Shown: positions 49,199 through 59,159 of the stretch, piece after piece | Layout: the number at the start of each line of letters is the position of its first letter | Numbering within the stretch: the stretch's first letter is position 1 | Source of the DNA: an uncultured bacterium | GTDB taxonomy: Bacteria; Krumholzibacteriota; Krumholzibacteriia; LZORAL124-64-63 | NCBI GenBank assembly: GCA_963727525.1 | Contig: CAVSGO010000005.1 | Span: 320,001-384,000 of the forward strand | Reading direction: 5' to 3' | Length of the DNA: 64,000 bases | The notes under the pieces: generated by a model | What the model saw: only the letters and a program-made list of their open reading frames with translations | Database searches by the model: none | Told to the model about the DNA's origin: nothing | Made by a program: the position numbers and the translations under genes

Positions 49199-50104
49199 TC
49201 AGCGTCGCTGCGCCGACGGCGGCGCCGGCGGTGTGCCGGCGAATCGCCAGAACACGGCCACCTCGTCGGTGCCCGCCCGGTCGGAGCGCTCGCCGAGATC
49301 GCGCGTGTACGCGACGCCGCACATGTGGCGCGTATGCAGCGGAAACCAGCAGGCCGCGGTGATACGTCGTGTGGCATGACCGCCGAAGCTGCGCTCGAGG
49401 AAGGACACATGGAACGACCGGCCTGTCCGCGGTTCCCAGATCGCTTCCGCGCCGAAGCGGTGGCCATCGGGAAACGCGTCCGGCGCGAGCGCGTCGCCGG
49501 CGGCATCGAGTGTGCTCTCGATACCCGCGCGAAGCGCGATCTCGACCGCGGGCGTCACCCGCCAGCCGCGTCGCAGATCGAGGACGAGGGGCAGACTGGT
49601 CGAGCCGAACGGGTACAGTTCCTCCTTGCCCACGGGCAAGCCGACCAGGATTCCCATGCGCGCGTGCCCCACGAGGGGTAACCGCGCCGGCATGACGATC
49701 CCGATCTGCATCTGGCCCCAGCTCGTGATGTAGCGCGCGCGTGGCCAGGTCGGGTCATCCGCCGTGGATTCCCCCGCGACTTGCGGCCAGCGTTCGAGGG
49801 CCGGCAAATCGTCGCGATCGAAGTGGACGAGGTGCACGCGCAGGAACACGGCGCCTTCGCGACCCGCCGGCAAGGTCGCCATCAGGCCGAGGCGGCTGGC
49901 CGTCCAGTGGGTGAGGTTGTCCCAGGAACGATCGGCCGACACGGTGAGCGCGCGCCGGCTCGCGGTATCGGCCACGGCTGTCCACGGAAGATCGTCGAGG
50001 CGGGGAACCTGGGCCCGCGCCGCGGGTGCCGCGAAGAGCCCGATCAGGATGACGCACGCGGCGCCGGCCCACGCGCAACGCGCGGAACGACGGCGGTGGC
50101 ACAT
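49199..50104 (-). CDS. Exported hypothetical protein, possibly beta-barrel
   Basis: Signal peptide ending ARA-Q; amphipathic strands; coupled to upstream gene. Confidence 0.6.
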   Translation of the reverse strand: MCHRRRSARCAWAGAACVILIGLFAAPAARAQVPRLDDLPWTAVADTASRRALTVSADRSWDNLTHWTASRLGLMATLPAGREGAVFLRVHLVHFDRDDLPALERWPQVAGESTADDPTWPRARYITSWGQMQIGIVMPARLPLVGHARMGILVGLPVGKEELYPFGSTSLPLVLDLRRGWRVTPAVEIALRAGIESTLDAAGDALAPDAFPDGHRFGAEAIWEPRTGRSFHVSFLERSFGGHATRRITAACWFPLHTRHMCGVAYTRDLGERSDRAGTDEVAVFWRFAGTPPAPPSAQRR

Positions 50105-50682
50105 CAGTAACCGTCCGTGGTGCGCTCGATGAGGTGCGCCACGCCCACCGACTCGAAGTAGACCTTGACCGCCTTGCGGCCGCCCGGCAACGACTCGTTG
50201 GCCACGACCAGACCACAATCGTCCCAGGCGAGATGGTGAATCACATCCCCGACCGTGTACGCGTCGCTCGGGCGGTAGGGACGAGCCATGCTCACGTCGG
50301 CGGCCGCGAGCCTGGCCGCATATTCGGCGATGGGTTCCGCCGGCGCCGCGGCGGGCGCGTCGTCAGCGACATCGTCGTCAGCATCGTCGTCCGTGTCGTC
50401 GTCAGCGTCCGGCGTCGCCGCCGTGTCGCGGCGCGGCTGGGGCGGCACAGGCTGCGCCGGCACGATCGAGCCGGCGACTGCGGGTTCGGCTGTGCTGGGT
50501 TCGGCGTCCGTGGGGTCGGCGACAGCCGTGGAGGCGGCGGATTCGCCGCTGAACTTGGGCAGGAAGCCCTTGCATTCAGGGCAGCGCAACCAGATGACGC
50601 CGTCATCGCCACCGTCCTCGGTGGGGACGACGTCCATGTCCAGGTGCTGCTTGCAGACGGAACAGTACTGGTTGATCTTCAC
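50104..50682 (-). CDS. Zn-ribbon protein with acidic linker and Tudor/CarD-like C-terminal domain
   Basis: CSVC..CPEC; Asp-rich linker; YTVGDVIHH..W...G.V. Confidence 0.65.
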   Translation of the reverse strand: MKINQYCSVCKQHLDMDVVPTEDGGDDGVIWLRCPECKGFLPKFSGESAASTAVADPTDAEPSTAEPAVAGSIVPAQPVPPQPRRDTAATPDADDDTDDDADDDVADDAPAAAPAEPIAEYAARLAAADVSMARPYRPSDAYTVGDVIHHLAWDDCGLVVANESLPGGRKAVKVYFESVGVAHLIERTTDGY

Positions 50683-50729
50683 ATGGTCCCTGACTATTGG
50701 CCCCTGACGATGCGCAATCCCCTGGGCGA

Positions 50730-50906
50730 TCAGGACATGATACGGCAACAATCCTCGGCGTCCGCTTTGGCAAGATAACGCATCCCGCAAACGAGGCACT
50801 TGCAGGGACCATCGATACGTCCCTCCACCTCCGCTTTGTGCAGGAGCCGCTCATATTTCACGAAACTTTCATCTCGGATCAGAATCTGTTCTTCCTTGAC
50901 TGCCAT
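50730..50906 (-). CDS. Small (58 aa) Cys-rich protein
   Basis: Strong AGGAGG RBS; CKCLVCG..Y..A.DCC. Confidence 0.7.
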   Translation of the reverse strand: MAVKEEQILIRDESFVKYERLLHKAEVEGRIDGPCKCLVCGMRYLAKADAEDCCRIMS

Positions 50907-50963
50907 GGGCTCTCCTCCTTGAGAGGCATCGGTCGTGGGAGCGGATTCCTCCAAGTCCATTGC

Positions 50964-50992
50964 ATGTTAGAACATACACAGATCGGAGTCAA
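50964..50992 (-). promoter_or_regulatory. Sigma70-type promoter
   Basis: TTGACT-N17-TAACAT on minus strand. Confidence 0.6.
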
Positions 50993-51049
50993 GTCGGCTC
51001 GCTTCAACGATCCGCGGGATCCTGCCTCGAGAGTGACAAAACGCCCGAA

Positions 51050-51892
51050 CTAGGACTCTGCTGTCCGCAGCTTGGCCGCAACCGCACCGTCGATGGCCAC
51101 GACTGGCGCCTCCAACTCGAAGATCTCGCCGAGGGTCGTGCGACCGAGGCGTCGCGCCTCCTGGAGCGCCAGCTTGAGCACACCCGCCGTCGCCGTCGCG
51201 TCGTCGGCGGCGCGGTGCGGACGATCATGGCAAACGCCCAGGCTGACAGCGAGTTCCGGCAGACTGTGGCTGGCGAGATCGGGCCAGAGGGCGCGCGAGA
51301 GGCAGAGCGTACAAAGGCCGGGAACGGCGGGAAATTCGAGATCCCGGCGCATGATCTCCCAGCGGAGGAAAGGCAGGTCGAAGCGGATGTCGTGCGCCAC
51401 GAACACCGACCCGCGCAGCATGCCGAGAAGCTGCGGGGCAACCTCGTCGAGCGTCGGAGCATCGGTCAGATCGGACTCGCGCAGGCCGGTGAGTCGGCTC
51501 ACCCACGGAGGGATGGCGCGTCCGGTGCGCACGCGGCTCGAGAATCCCGGCATGATCCGCTCGCGGCGCAGGCGCGCCACGCCCAGTTCCATGATCTCGT
51601 CGACACCGACCACGCTGCCCGTCGTCTCCAGATCGACCACCGCGAACGTGATCTCACGGGTATCCCGCTGCAGGAATGGCGTCCAGCGGGCGCACCATCG
51701 CTGATCGTGGGTGCGCAGGAAGCGCGGATCGCCCTCGAGCAGCATGCGCACCACGACATGCGCCTCCGGCATCTCGTGCCGCTGGGGGCCGAAGAGTCGG
51801 CGGGCAATGCAATGCGTCTGGACAGGTCGGTCGATCTCGAGCAGATAACGGTGCGCAAGATCGCGGAGCTGTTTCAGGTCGTTGATCGGCAT
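51050..51892 (-). CDS. DEDDh 3'-5' exonuclease (DNA pol III epsilon-like) with N-terminal extension
   Basis: VVDLETTG, VAHDIRFDL, HRAADDA. Confidence 0.88.
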   Translation of the reverse strand: MPINDLKQLRDLAHRYLLEIDRPVQTHCIARRLFGPQRHEMPEAHVVVRMLLEGDPRFLRTHDQRWCARWTPFLQRDTREITFAVVDLETTGSVVGVDEIMELGVARLRRERIMPGFSSRVRTGRAIPPWVSRLTGLRESDLTDAPTLDEVAPQLLGMLRGSVFVAHDIRFDLPFLRWEIMRRDLEFPAVPGLCTLCLSRALWPDLASHSLPELAVSLGVCHDRPHRAADDATATAGVLKLALQEARRLGRTTLGEIFELEAPVVAIDGAVAAKLRTAES

Positions 51893-51898
51893 GGCGTC

Positions 51899-51927
51899 AT
51901 TATAGCACAGGGGTATCGCGTGTTCAA
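51899..51927 (-). promoter_or_regulatory. Sigma70 promoter, probably producing a leaderless mRNA
   Basis: TTGAAC-N17-TATAAT with extended TGn; 6 nt before ATG. Confidence 0.7.
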
Positions 51928-52793
51928 TCAGGGCCCGGAGCCGCCCCCGTCAGCAGGGGACGGGCGTCCTGGCCATAGCCCAGACACTCGAGGGTCTCCA
52001 CCTTCGCCTGGGGCGGCGGCGGGGAAAACCGGGGGCTCGCTGGCGTCATGACCGACTCGGCGCGCATCCGCTCGGCGGCAAACGCGAGGCCCAGCAACGG
52101 GATATCGTCCGAAACCGCCGCGTTGACCTCGATCGTGGTCATCTGGACCAGGGTGCCGGTGGCGAACGTGGCAGCCTGGGTATCGGCCGCGGCGAACGCG
52201 AACTGGTGGCATGTGAGCGATCGATCCTGGATCACGCGGACGGTGGTTCCCTGATCGGCCACCGACTCGGCCTGAAAGTCCCCGCGCAACGCGTCCGTGA
52301 CCAGGGGATCGGCCCGCCACTGCGCGCCGGTCAGGTCGGTGGGGACTCCGTCCTGCCACCGCTCGACGGCCACGACGGTGTCCAGTAACTGGCCCCGTCG
52401 CATGAGGATGGTATCGGCAACCCACACCCGCACGCCCTCTCCCGGCACCGGCTCCCGCTCACCAGGTTCGGCGAGTTCCTGCACCGGGACGATCTCGAGG
52501 AGCCAGCCCGCATCGGGGTGACCCGGCCCGGGCGCGAGGCACTGGATACGCAGCAACTCTCTCTCGCGGCGACCACCCGCCAGGCTCTGGCGCTGGTATT
52601 CCACCCAGGAGCCGACCTTCAGGCGGAGCGGGATTTGCGGCTGACGCCACAGGGTGAACAGGTCGAGGGCACGGGCGGGTACCGACGCGAACAGCAACGC
52701 GGACACGAGCAGGGCCGGCAGCGCATGCCGCCGGCCCCATCGCCATGCCCGAGCCCCATTCTCAGTGTTTGATCTTCTCCCAGTAGCTCGCAT
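51924..52793 (-). CDS. Exported hypothetical protein (start uncertain)
   Basis: Signal-like ALLVSALLFASVPARA; KVGSWVEYQ; coding-like composition. Confidence 0.6.
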   Translation of the reverse strand: MRATGRRSNTENGARAWRWGRRHALPALLVSALLFASVPARALDLFTLWRQPQIPLRLKVGSWVEYQRQSLAGGRRERELLRIQCLAPGPGHPDAGWLLEIVPVQELAEPGEREPVPGEGVRVWVADTILMRRGQLLDTVVAVERWQDGVPTDLTGAQWRADPLVTDALRGDFQAESVADQGTTVRVIQDRSLTCHQFAFAAADTQAATFATGTLVQMTTIEVNAAVSDDIPLLGLAFAAERMRAESVMTPASPRFSPPPPQAKVETLECLGYGQDARPLLTGAAPGPD

Positions 52794-54150
52794 AGTCGAA
52801 ATCGGTATCCTTCGTCTTGTCGTAACACGGGCGCTTGCTGTTGTCATGGCAGCCGGAGCAGGACTCACGGGCGACCTTGAGCCACGACGCGTCACGCTCG
52901 TGCTCGGTACCGTAGCCATGGCAGGACTCGCACTGCACGTTGGTCAGGTGCTTGTTCGGACCGTTTTCCTCGTACCCGCCGTAGTACTGGTACCCCGTGG
53001 TGTGGCACGTGAGACACTGCGGCTCAGTTTCCAGGGCCTGACCACGCAGGGTATTGAACGCCTGGGCATGCTCCGTCTTGCGCCAGGACTCGTAGGCATC
53101 CGTATGGCACGAGCGGCAGTTGACCAGGCCGAGGAACTGCTCGTCCTTGGAACCCTTGTCTCGCGGCCACTTGGCGCGTTCCTCCGCCTTCGCCTGCTCC
53201 TCGTGCTCCTTGAAGGCCGTGACCTTGCCCGCCATGTCCTTGTCGTCGGCGATCTGGTCGTCCAGGCTGGTGACGTGCACCTGCACCGCCATCACCTTGC
53301 CGTCGGACGGCTCCACCTGCAGATCCGCACGCCCGATGAAGCGACCCTCGTAGACGGCGGCCAGCATGACCGCGTCCTGGACGATGCGCTCGGTCTCGTA
53401 GCTGCGGAACGTGTGGCCCACCACCACGACATCGATGCCCTTCACTTCCTTCAGGATGTTCTCGGTGCCGTTGTCGCCCATGTGGCTGAGCAGCACCACC
53501 GTGTCGCACTTCTCGCGCAACTTCGGAATGACATCCCGCAGGGCGGCGATCGGATCATCCACACGGAATTGAGCCTCGCTCGCATCCATCGTGATGATCT
53601 TCTGCTGCGGATCAAGGATACTGACGATGCCGAACCTGATGCCGTTCTTCTCCACGACGAGGTACTCCGGCAGGATGAGCTCGCCGGAACCTGGATCGTG
53701 AACGTTGGCGCTCGTGAACGGCAGCTTGTATTTCTCGATCATCTGCTTCAGAAATCCGAGACCGTAGTTCAGATCCTGCTCGCCGAGACCGATCCCGTCG
53801 TAACCGAAGGCGCCGGTCTGCTCACAGAGGAACTCCGTCTGGTTCCGTTCCTGCCGCGTACGCTTTCCAAACAGATCTCCGGCGTCAAGAGTCAGCGTCT
53901 CGACGCCTTCGTCCCAAACAGTGTTGAAAAAGGTGGCCCTCCGGGCCAACCCGCCACGCTGATGGGAGTGTCAGCCACAGGGGTCGATCTTGCCCTTGAC
54001 GTCGCTGGTGTAGATGAGCGAGACCGGCTTCCAGTTGACGTCGGCGGCGTGCGCCACACGTACGGGCAGCAGACTCGGCACGATCAGCAGCGCCGCCAGG
54101 AGCAAGCCCAGCCCCCCGCTCGCGGCAATGCGTCGGTTGGGGTGCATCAT
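52762..54150 (-). CDS. Putative selenoprotein: UshA/5'-nucleotidase-like domain (CGU) fused to tetraheme c554-like cytochrome
   Basis: ORFs 53971-54186 and 52762-53949 are in frame, separated only by TGA in IDPCG*HSHQRGGLARR; 4 CxxCH; signal peptide. Confidence 0.85.
53932..53951 (-). promoter_or_regulatory. Bacterial SECIS-like hairpin
   Basis: GGTTGGCCC-GGA-GGGCCACC starting 19 nt after UGA; G-led loop, bulged U. Confidence 0.7.
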
Positions 54151-54285
54151 GCTTCCTCTTGAGCGGGGTTGTGTTTTACGGCTCAAACGGCCGCACCAGC
54201 CGCTGAACCGGCCGGCGTCGCGAAAAGTTCCAAGGAAACCGAAGTATACCCCGGCTTGCAGAGACCGGCAAGCGACGGTTCTCTC

Positions 54286-57200
54286 TCAATAGAGCCCGCC
54301 GGAGGCGAGGCCGCCGGCGCTCCCCAGCAGGTCCTCCTTGCCCTGGGTGAGCTTCAGCTCGGGGATCGCCTTGAGATAGAACCGGAAACCGAACTGTGAG
54401 TCGTTGACACCGGCGAGGACGCGGTAGAACTCGAGTCGCCAGCAGTGCAGGTCACGCTGCAGGCGATAGGTCTGCCGCGTGGTGGCGCCGGCACTCAGGT
54501 CGAAAGAGCTGCTGTAGCTCAGCTCCCAGCCATGGGTCAAGAAAGCCGACACGCTCAGATTCGCCCGCGCGGTGGACGCGCCGCCGGCCTGGCGCGAGTA
54601 GGTGAGCGATCCGTTCAGATTCCAGGGGATCAGACGTCCGCCCTCGGTGGCGTCGCGCTCGGCGCCTCCGGATTCCCCGCGCCCGGCGTTGGGCTCGTCG
54701 AAACCGCCGTAGAAATCGTCCTGCACGAACGCGTCCTGGTCGGCCGGATTGGCGAGGCTGTCGGCGACGGCGGTCGACGAATCGGGAACCATGGCCTCGA
54801 GCTGATCGATCGCCGCGTTGCGTTTCTGCTCGCGTTCCTTGCCCAGCCATCCCGTATCGAACCGCCCACGGAACCCGAAGGCGTAGTTGAGCTGGGTGCT
54901 GATGATGCGGCGGCGGTACGGGTCGATCGTATTCGACATGCCGAGATTGAGATTGCGGTTCGAACCTGGCTTGATGGTGATACGGCTGGACACATTGTTC
55001 CACATCCGCCCGCTGGGCGCCTTCGGCGTGTAACCGGTGCCCATGGTCCAATCGATCAGGCCGTCGAGCTTTTTCAGCGTCTCGCCGCTGTCGGTGGCCC
55101 CGGCGGCGTACTTCACGTCGAAACGGTTGCTCATCGAGAACGAGTAGCTCGAGCGCCGATCCTGCTTGCTGCCGAGCTGCGGCTGGAACGAGCCCGACGC
55201 CGAGAGCCCCAGCGTGTGGCGGATCGCGCGTAGGGCGCCCACGCGTGCAGGAAAGACGCCGTAGAGGGTGGTGGTCACCCCCGCATTGTAGGCGAGGCTC
55301 GGCCGTGTGACCTCGTGCACCGAATCGATGGGCGCATAGTAGCCCACAGTGTCGGTATCGGAGGTGACGGTGTAGTAATCGCGTCCGGTCACCACGTCGC
55401 GCTGCCACGACTGGCTGCCCGAGGCGCCGAAGCTCGGATTCAGGAAGCCGATCCGCGGCGGCCGCACCCGTAGCGACCAGTTACCCGAGGCCGCGTACGT
55501 GTGCAGGTCGGTTCGCTCACGCTTGCGCACGTAGTTGCGCATCGAATAGCTCTGCGTCAGGTACGTGTTGCGGGCCAGTTCGCCCAGCATGCTGCCCTTC
55601 TGCCCCGCCGGCAACGCCGGCGCCAGGGCGATCTGGTTGGGGCTGATGCTCAGCGAAGGCAGCGTCATGTTGTAGACCTCGTTGTTGGACAACGGGTCGT
55701 TGTCGTCGGCGTTCAGCTGCTCCGTGCGGTCAGCGTTGAGGCTCATGCTGGCCCAATTGAACTTACGGCTCACGAACATCGTCGACTTGCGATTCTGATC
55801 GAGGATGTCGCGCCCGACGTTTGAGTTGAGGTCGTTGCTGGTGAGCGTGCGACTCGCCATCTTCACGCTGGCCCGGAACGTGTAGTCGTCGAAGAGGTGC
55901 GGTTGGTTATGATTCGCGGCGAGCTGCCACTCCTTGAGATCCTCGCCGGCACGCAGGCTCACCCGCCGCGTGTAGTCGATGCCCCCGCTGAAGGCATAAC
56001 GCTTGTTGTAGCGGTTGCGCAGCCGTGTGGCGATCTCCGAATGCTCGTTGTAGTCGACCTCGAACGTGAAGTCCGTGTAATCGTTCGTCGCCCAGAAATA
56101 GCCAAGATCGCGGATGTAGCGCCCCGTGCGCGATGACCAGCCCACATTGAAATTCGGGAAGAGGATTCCCGAACGCCGCCCCTGTTTCAGCGACTTGAAA
56201 TAGAAGGGCAGAGCGAATACGGGTACCTTACCCACTTTCATCACGATCGGCGCCGCCACCACCTGGTCGCCGATGCGCATCTTCATCTTGTCGGCCCAGA
56301 AGTGATAGTGGGGCCGCTCGAGATCGCAGCTCGTCATCTTGCCGCCGTGGATCTTGAGACTGCCATCGGGATAGCGGTAGATCTCATCGCCGACGTAGTA
56401 GTAGTTGTCGAACGTGGTGATGCCGTGTTTCACGGCGCCGGTCTTGTTGGCGAAATCGTACCCCATGCGCTGGCCGACGATCGTCTCGTTCTGCTCGAGC
56501 AGCGGCTGGCCAGACGCATAGAGCTCGCGGGTGCGGGTATCGAGCTGAACCTCCTGGGCCGTGAGCGTCATGTCACCGTACACGAGCCGGGCGTCCTGGC
56601 TCACATCGATGGTCATGTGCGCGAGGTCGAAGGCCACCGCTTGACCGCTATAGTTCACGGCCTCCTCATGGGCCGTGAAGTCACCGCGAAGCGCGGCGGA
56701 ATCGGCGATGGCCGCGACGAGCGAGTCCGCCACCGCAGTCGTTTCGACGGCGGCGGTCGTATCGACGGCGGCGGAGTCGGACGCGGCCTTGCCCCTCATG
56801 GCGGCGATCCGGGCGAAGTGGTAGACACCGCTCATCGAGCCGCGCACGTTCACCTTGCGCACGCGGCCGCCATGGAAGTCGATGACCAGCGTATCGCCAT
56901 TCACGTCGTTGAACGCCACCTCCTCATCGACATCGGTGGGCACGTACACGCTGTGCGCGTTGCCGATCACCACGGTACTTGACACCTGCTTGTTCTGCAG
57001 ATGCACGGTGATGCTGTCTCCGTCCACCGTATCCAGGGCCGGCAAGCCGGTATAGACGGCCGCCAGGCTGTCCGGGTCGCCATCCTCCATGTGTGCATCG
57101 CCCACCAGCACCACCCGCACGAGCTGGCCGTGGAGATAGAAGAACGTGATCTCGTCCCCCCGCATGCGGCTGCCCTCGTCGAGCGACACCTCGGGGTGGC

Positions 57201-58137
57201 CGCGCAGGACCATGCGCTGCTTGCCGAACGCCACGGCGGTATCGGCCTGGGCATGCGTCCTCCCCTGTCGCAGCCGTACGGAGTCGGTCATGACCACGCG
57301 TTCCTCGGAGCGGTAGAACCGCATGCGTCCGGCCACGCTGGTCGCCGGCTCGCCCCCCTCCTCGCGCGAGGTGAGCACCGGCGACTCGTCCACCTCGGCC
57401 CAGGTGCCGTCGGCCGCGAACACGGCGTGCCGGCCGGTGACCAGTGTCGACTCCTTGGGATCGATGATCCGTACGTGGCCGAAGGCCTCGCCGTGGTCGA
57501 GCGTGCGGTCACGTACGACGGTATCGGCCATCACCGTGTATTCGGGCGCGATGACGACCGCATCCTCGAAAAGACGCATCAGACGGCCCTGCTCACGCAT
57601 TTCGCCCCGCCGCGCCGTGGCCAGTACGCCCCCCTCGAGCACATGTACGTTGTCGTAGAAGTCGGCATCCTGGGACTGGCGGCTGTAGTCAGCGCGGTCG
57701 CTCGACATCCGGGTACTGAACTGGCGCATGCGGACATGGCCGAAGAGGCGCGCGAACTCGCGGTCGCGGTACACGCGGGCCGAGTCGGCCCGCACGACCA
57801 CCGTGTCGCGATCGATGTAGACGTTACCGATGAGGTACGACACGGGTTTGCCGTTGACCGTGCGGTCGATGAAGCGATCGGCGACGATCCACGACCCCTG
57901 CCGCGCCGTGCGCGGCAGCGTGCGCGCACGCGGGGCGGGCGCGAACCCGGCCACCGCCGTGTCGGCGGCGGCGGTATCGGTGAGGGTCGAATCGGTCGCG
58001 GGTGATCCGGGCGCCTGGGGATCGGCGAATGCCGCGCGTTCGCGCAGCGACGCCGCGAGGATGAGCAGCCCGAGCAGGCCGGCGTAGAGTCCGGTCACGA
58101 CGAGGCGACCGCGACCATCGCGCCGGCCCGCGGTCAC
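54286..58137 (-). CDS. lptD: LPS assembly protein LptD-like, with long OstA/LptA-like N-terminal region
   Basis: TSCDL..PHY, LPFYF..RRSGIL.P, GYFW, RDLHCW. Confidence 0.8.
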   Translation of the reverse strand: MTAGRRDGRGRLVVTGLYAGLLGLLILAASLRERAAFADPQAPGSPATDSTLTDTAAADTAVAGFAPAPRARTLPRTARQGSWIVADRFIDRTVNGKPVSYLIGNVYIDRDTVVVRADSARVYRDREFARLFGHVRMRQFSTRMSSDRADYSRQSQDADFYDNVHVLEGGVLATARRGEMREQGRLMRLFEDAVVIAPEYTVMADTVVRDRTLDHGEAFGHVRIIDPKESTLVTGRHAVFAADGTWAEVDESPVLTSREEGGEPATSVAGRMRFYRSEERVVMTDSVRLRQGRTHAQADTAVAFGKQRMVLRGHPEVSLDEGSRMRGDEITFFYLHGQLVRVVLVGDAHMEDGDPDSLAAVYTGLPALDTVDGDSITVHLQNKQVSSTVVIGNAHSVYVPTDVDEEVAFNDVNGDTLVIDFHGGRVRKVNVRGSMSGVYHFARIAAMRGKAASDSAAVDTTAAVETTAVADSLVAAIADSAALRGDFTAHEEAVNYSGQAVAFDLAHMTIDVSQDARLVYGDMTLTAQEVQLDTRTRELYASGQPLLEQNETIVGQRMGYDFANKTGAVKHGITTFDNYYYVGDEIYRYPDGSLKIHGGKMTSCDLERPHYHFWADKMKMRIGDQVVAAPIVMKVGKVPVFALPFYFKSLKQGRRSGILFPNFNVGWSSRTGRYIRDLGYFWATNDYTDFTFEVDYNEHSEIATRLRNRYNKRYAFSGGIDYTRRVSLRAGEDLKEWQLAANHNQPHLFDDYTFRASVKMASRTLTSNDLNSNVGRDILDQNRKSTMFVSRKFNWASMSLNADRTEQLNADDNDPLSNNEVYNMTLPSLSISPNQIALAPALPAGQKGSMLGELARNTYLTQSYSMRNYVRKRERTDLHTYAASGNWSLRVRPPRIGFLNPSFGASGSQSWQRDVVTGRDYYTVTSDTDTVGYYAPIDSVHEVTRPSLAYNAGVTTTLYGVFPARVGALRAIRHTLGLSASGSFQPQLGSKQDRRSSYSFSMSNRFDVKYAAGATDSGETLKKLDGLIDWTMGTGYTPKAPSGRMWNNVSSRITIKPGSNRNLNLGMSNTIDPYRRRIISTQLNYAFGFRGRFDTGWLGKEREQKRNAAIDQLEAMVPDSSTAVADSLANPADQDAFVQDDFYGGFDEPNAGRGESGGAERDATEGGRLIPWNLNGSLTYSRQAGGASTARANLSVSAFLTHGWELSYSSSFDLSAGATTRQTYRLQRDLHCWRLEFYRVLAGVNDSQFGFRFYLKAIPELKLTQGKEDLLGSAGGLASGGLY

Positions 58138-59132
58138 GCGGATGTCCCGCGTTCAACGGCGAGCGCAGCCGCCCCCATGGCAGCCGCGTACGAGCCCAGG
58201 TCGGCCAAGAGGACAGGCGTGGTGCGTCCCGAGGGCGCCATCACGTGGCGCGCCACCATCTCGCGGCAGGGGGCGAGAAGCAGGTCGCCCGCCTGCGCCA
58301 CGCCGCCGCCAATAATCACACGCTCGGGCGCGAGCACGTTGACGAGGCTGGCCACCGCCTGCCCCAGGCGCCGGCCGGCGGCATGGAAGAGCGCGACGGC
58401 CGTGGTGTCGCCCGATTCGGCGACCTCGAAGAGGTCCTTCGTCGTCAGATCATGGCCGCGCCGCCCGACCCACTCGCGGAACGCCGCCGTCGAGGCCTTG
58501 TCGCCTGCCAGTTCCCGCGCGCGGCGCACGAGGCCGTTGCTGCCGCAATACGCCTCGAGGCAGCCGTGGTTGCCGCACGGACACAGCGGGCCGTCGAGCG
58601 CCAGGGTCATGTGGCCGATCTCGCCCGCGCCATGACCGTGGCCGGTGAGCAGGTTGCCATCCACGATCACACCGCCGCCCACACCGGTACCCAGCGCGAT
58701 CATCACCAGGTGACGCACGCCGCGCCCGGCCCCGTGGCAAAACTCGCCGTAGGCAGCCGCATTGACGTCGTTGGCCACGGCGGTGGCCAGCGCACCGTTC
58801 GCCAGGTTCCCCGTGCCCAGTTCGCCGAAAGCCGTCGTCAGCTCCCCGACGAGGTTCACCTCTTCCCAGCCCGGCAAGTTGGGCGAGCGGCCGAGTTGAC
58901 CGCTCTCGGGATCGACGATGCCGGCGCACGCAAGTCCTACGGCGTCGATCCCGCCCCGCGCATCGGCGAGATCGTGGGCGATGGCATCGCGCAGGCGCCG
59001 GATCGAGGCCCGCGCGTCGCGCGGATCGGTGGCGACATCGCCCTGGGCGACGCGTTCGCCTCCATGCTCTTGCACCACGTACTTGATGTTCGTGCCGCCC
59101 ACATCGGCACCCACGAGCAGCGATTTCGGCAC
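58134..59132 (-). CDS. ROK family kinase (glucokinase-like)
   Basis: DVGGT, NDVNAAAYGE, LGTGVGGG, GEIGH, CPCGNHGCLE. Confidence 0.92.
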   Translation of the reverse strand: MPKSLLVGADVGGTNIKYVVQEHGGERVAQGDVATDPRDARASIRRLRDAIAHDLADARGGIDAVGLACAGIVDPESGQLGRSPNLPGWEEVNLVGELTTAFGELGTGNLANGALATAVANDVNAAAYGEFCHGAGRGVRHLVMIALGTGVGGGVIVDGNLLTGHGHGAGEIGHMTLALDGPLCPCGNHGCLEAYCGSNGLVRRARELAGDKASTAAFREWVGRRGHDLTTKDLFEVAESGDTTAVALFHAAGRRLGQAVASLVNVLAPERVIIGGGVAQAGDLLLAPCREMVARHVMAPSGRTTPVLLADLGSYAAAMGAAALAVERGTSA

Positions 59133-59159
59133 GTGTGTCTCCTCGTCGTCGCTCCCGCG

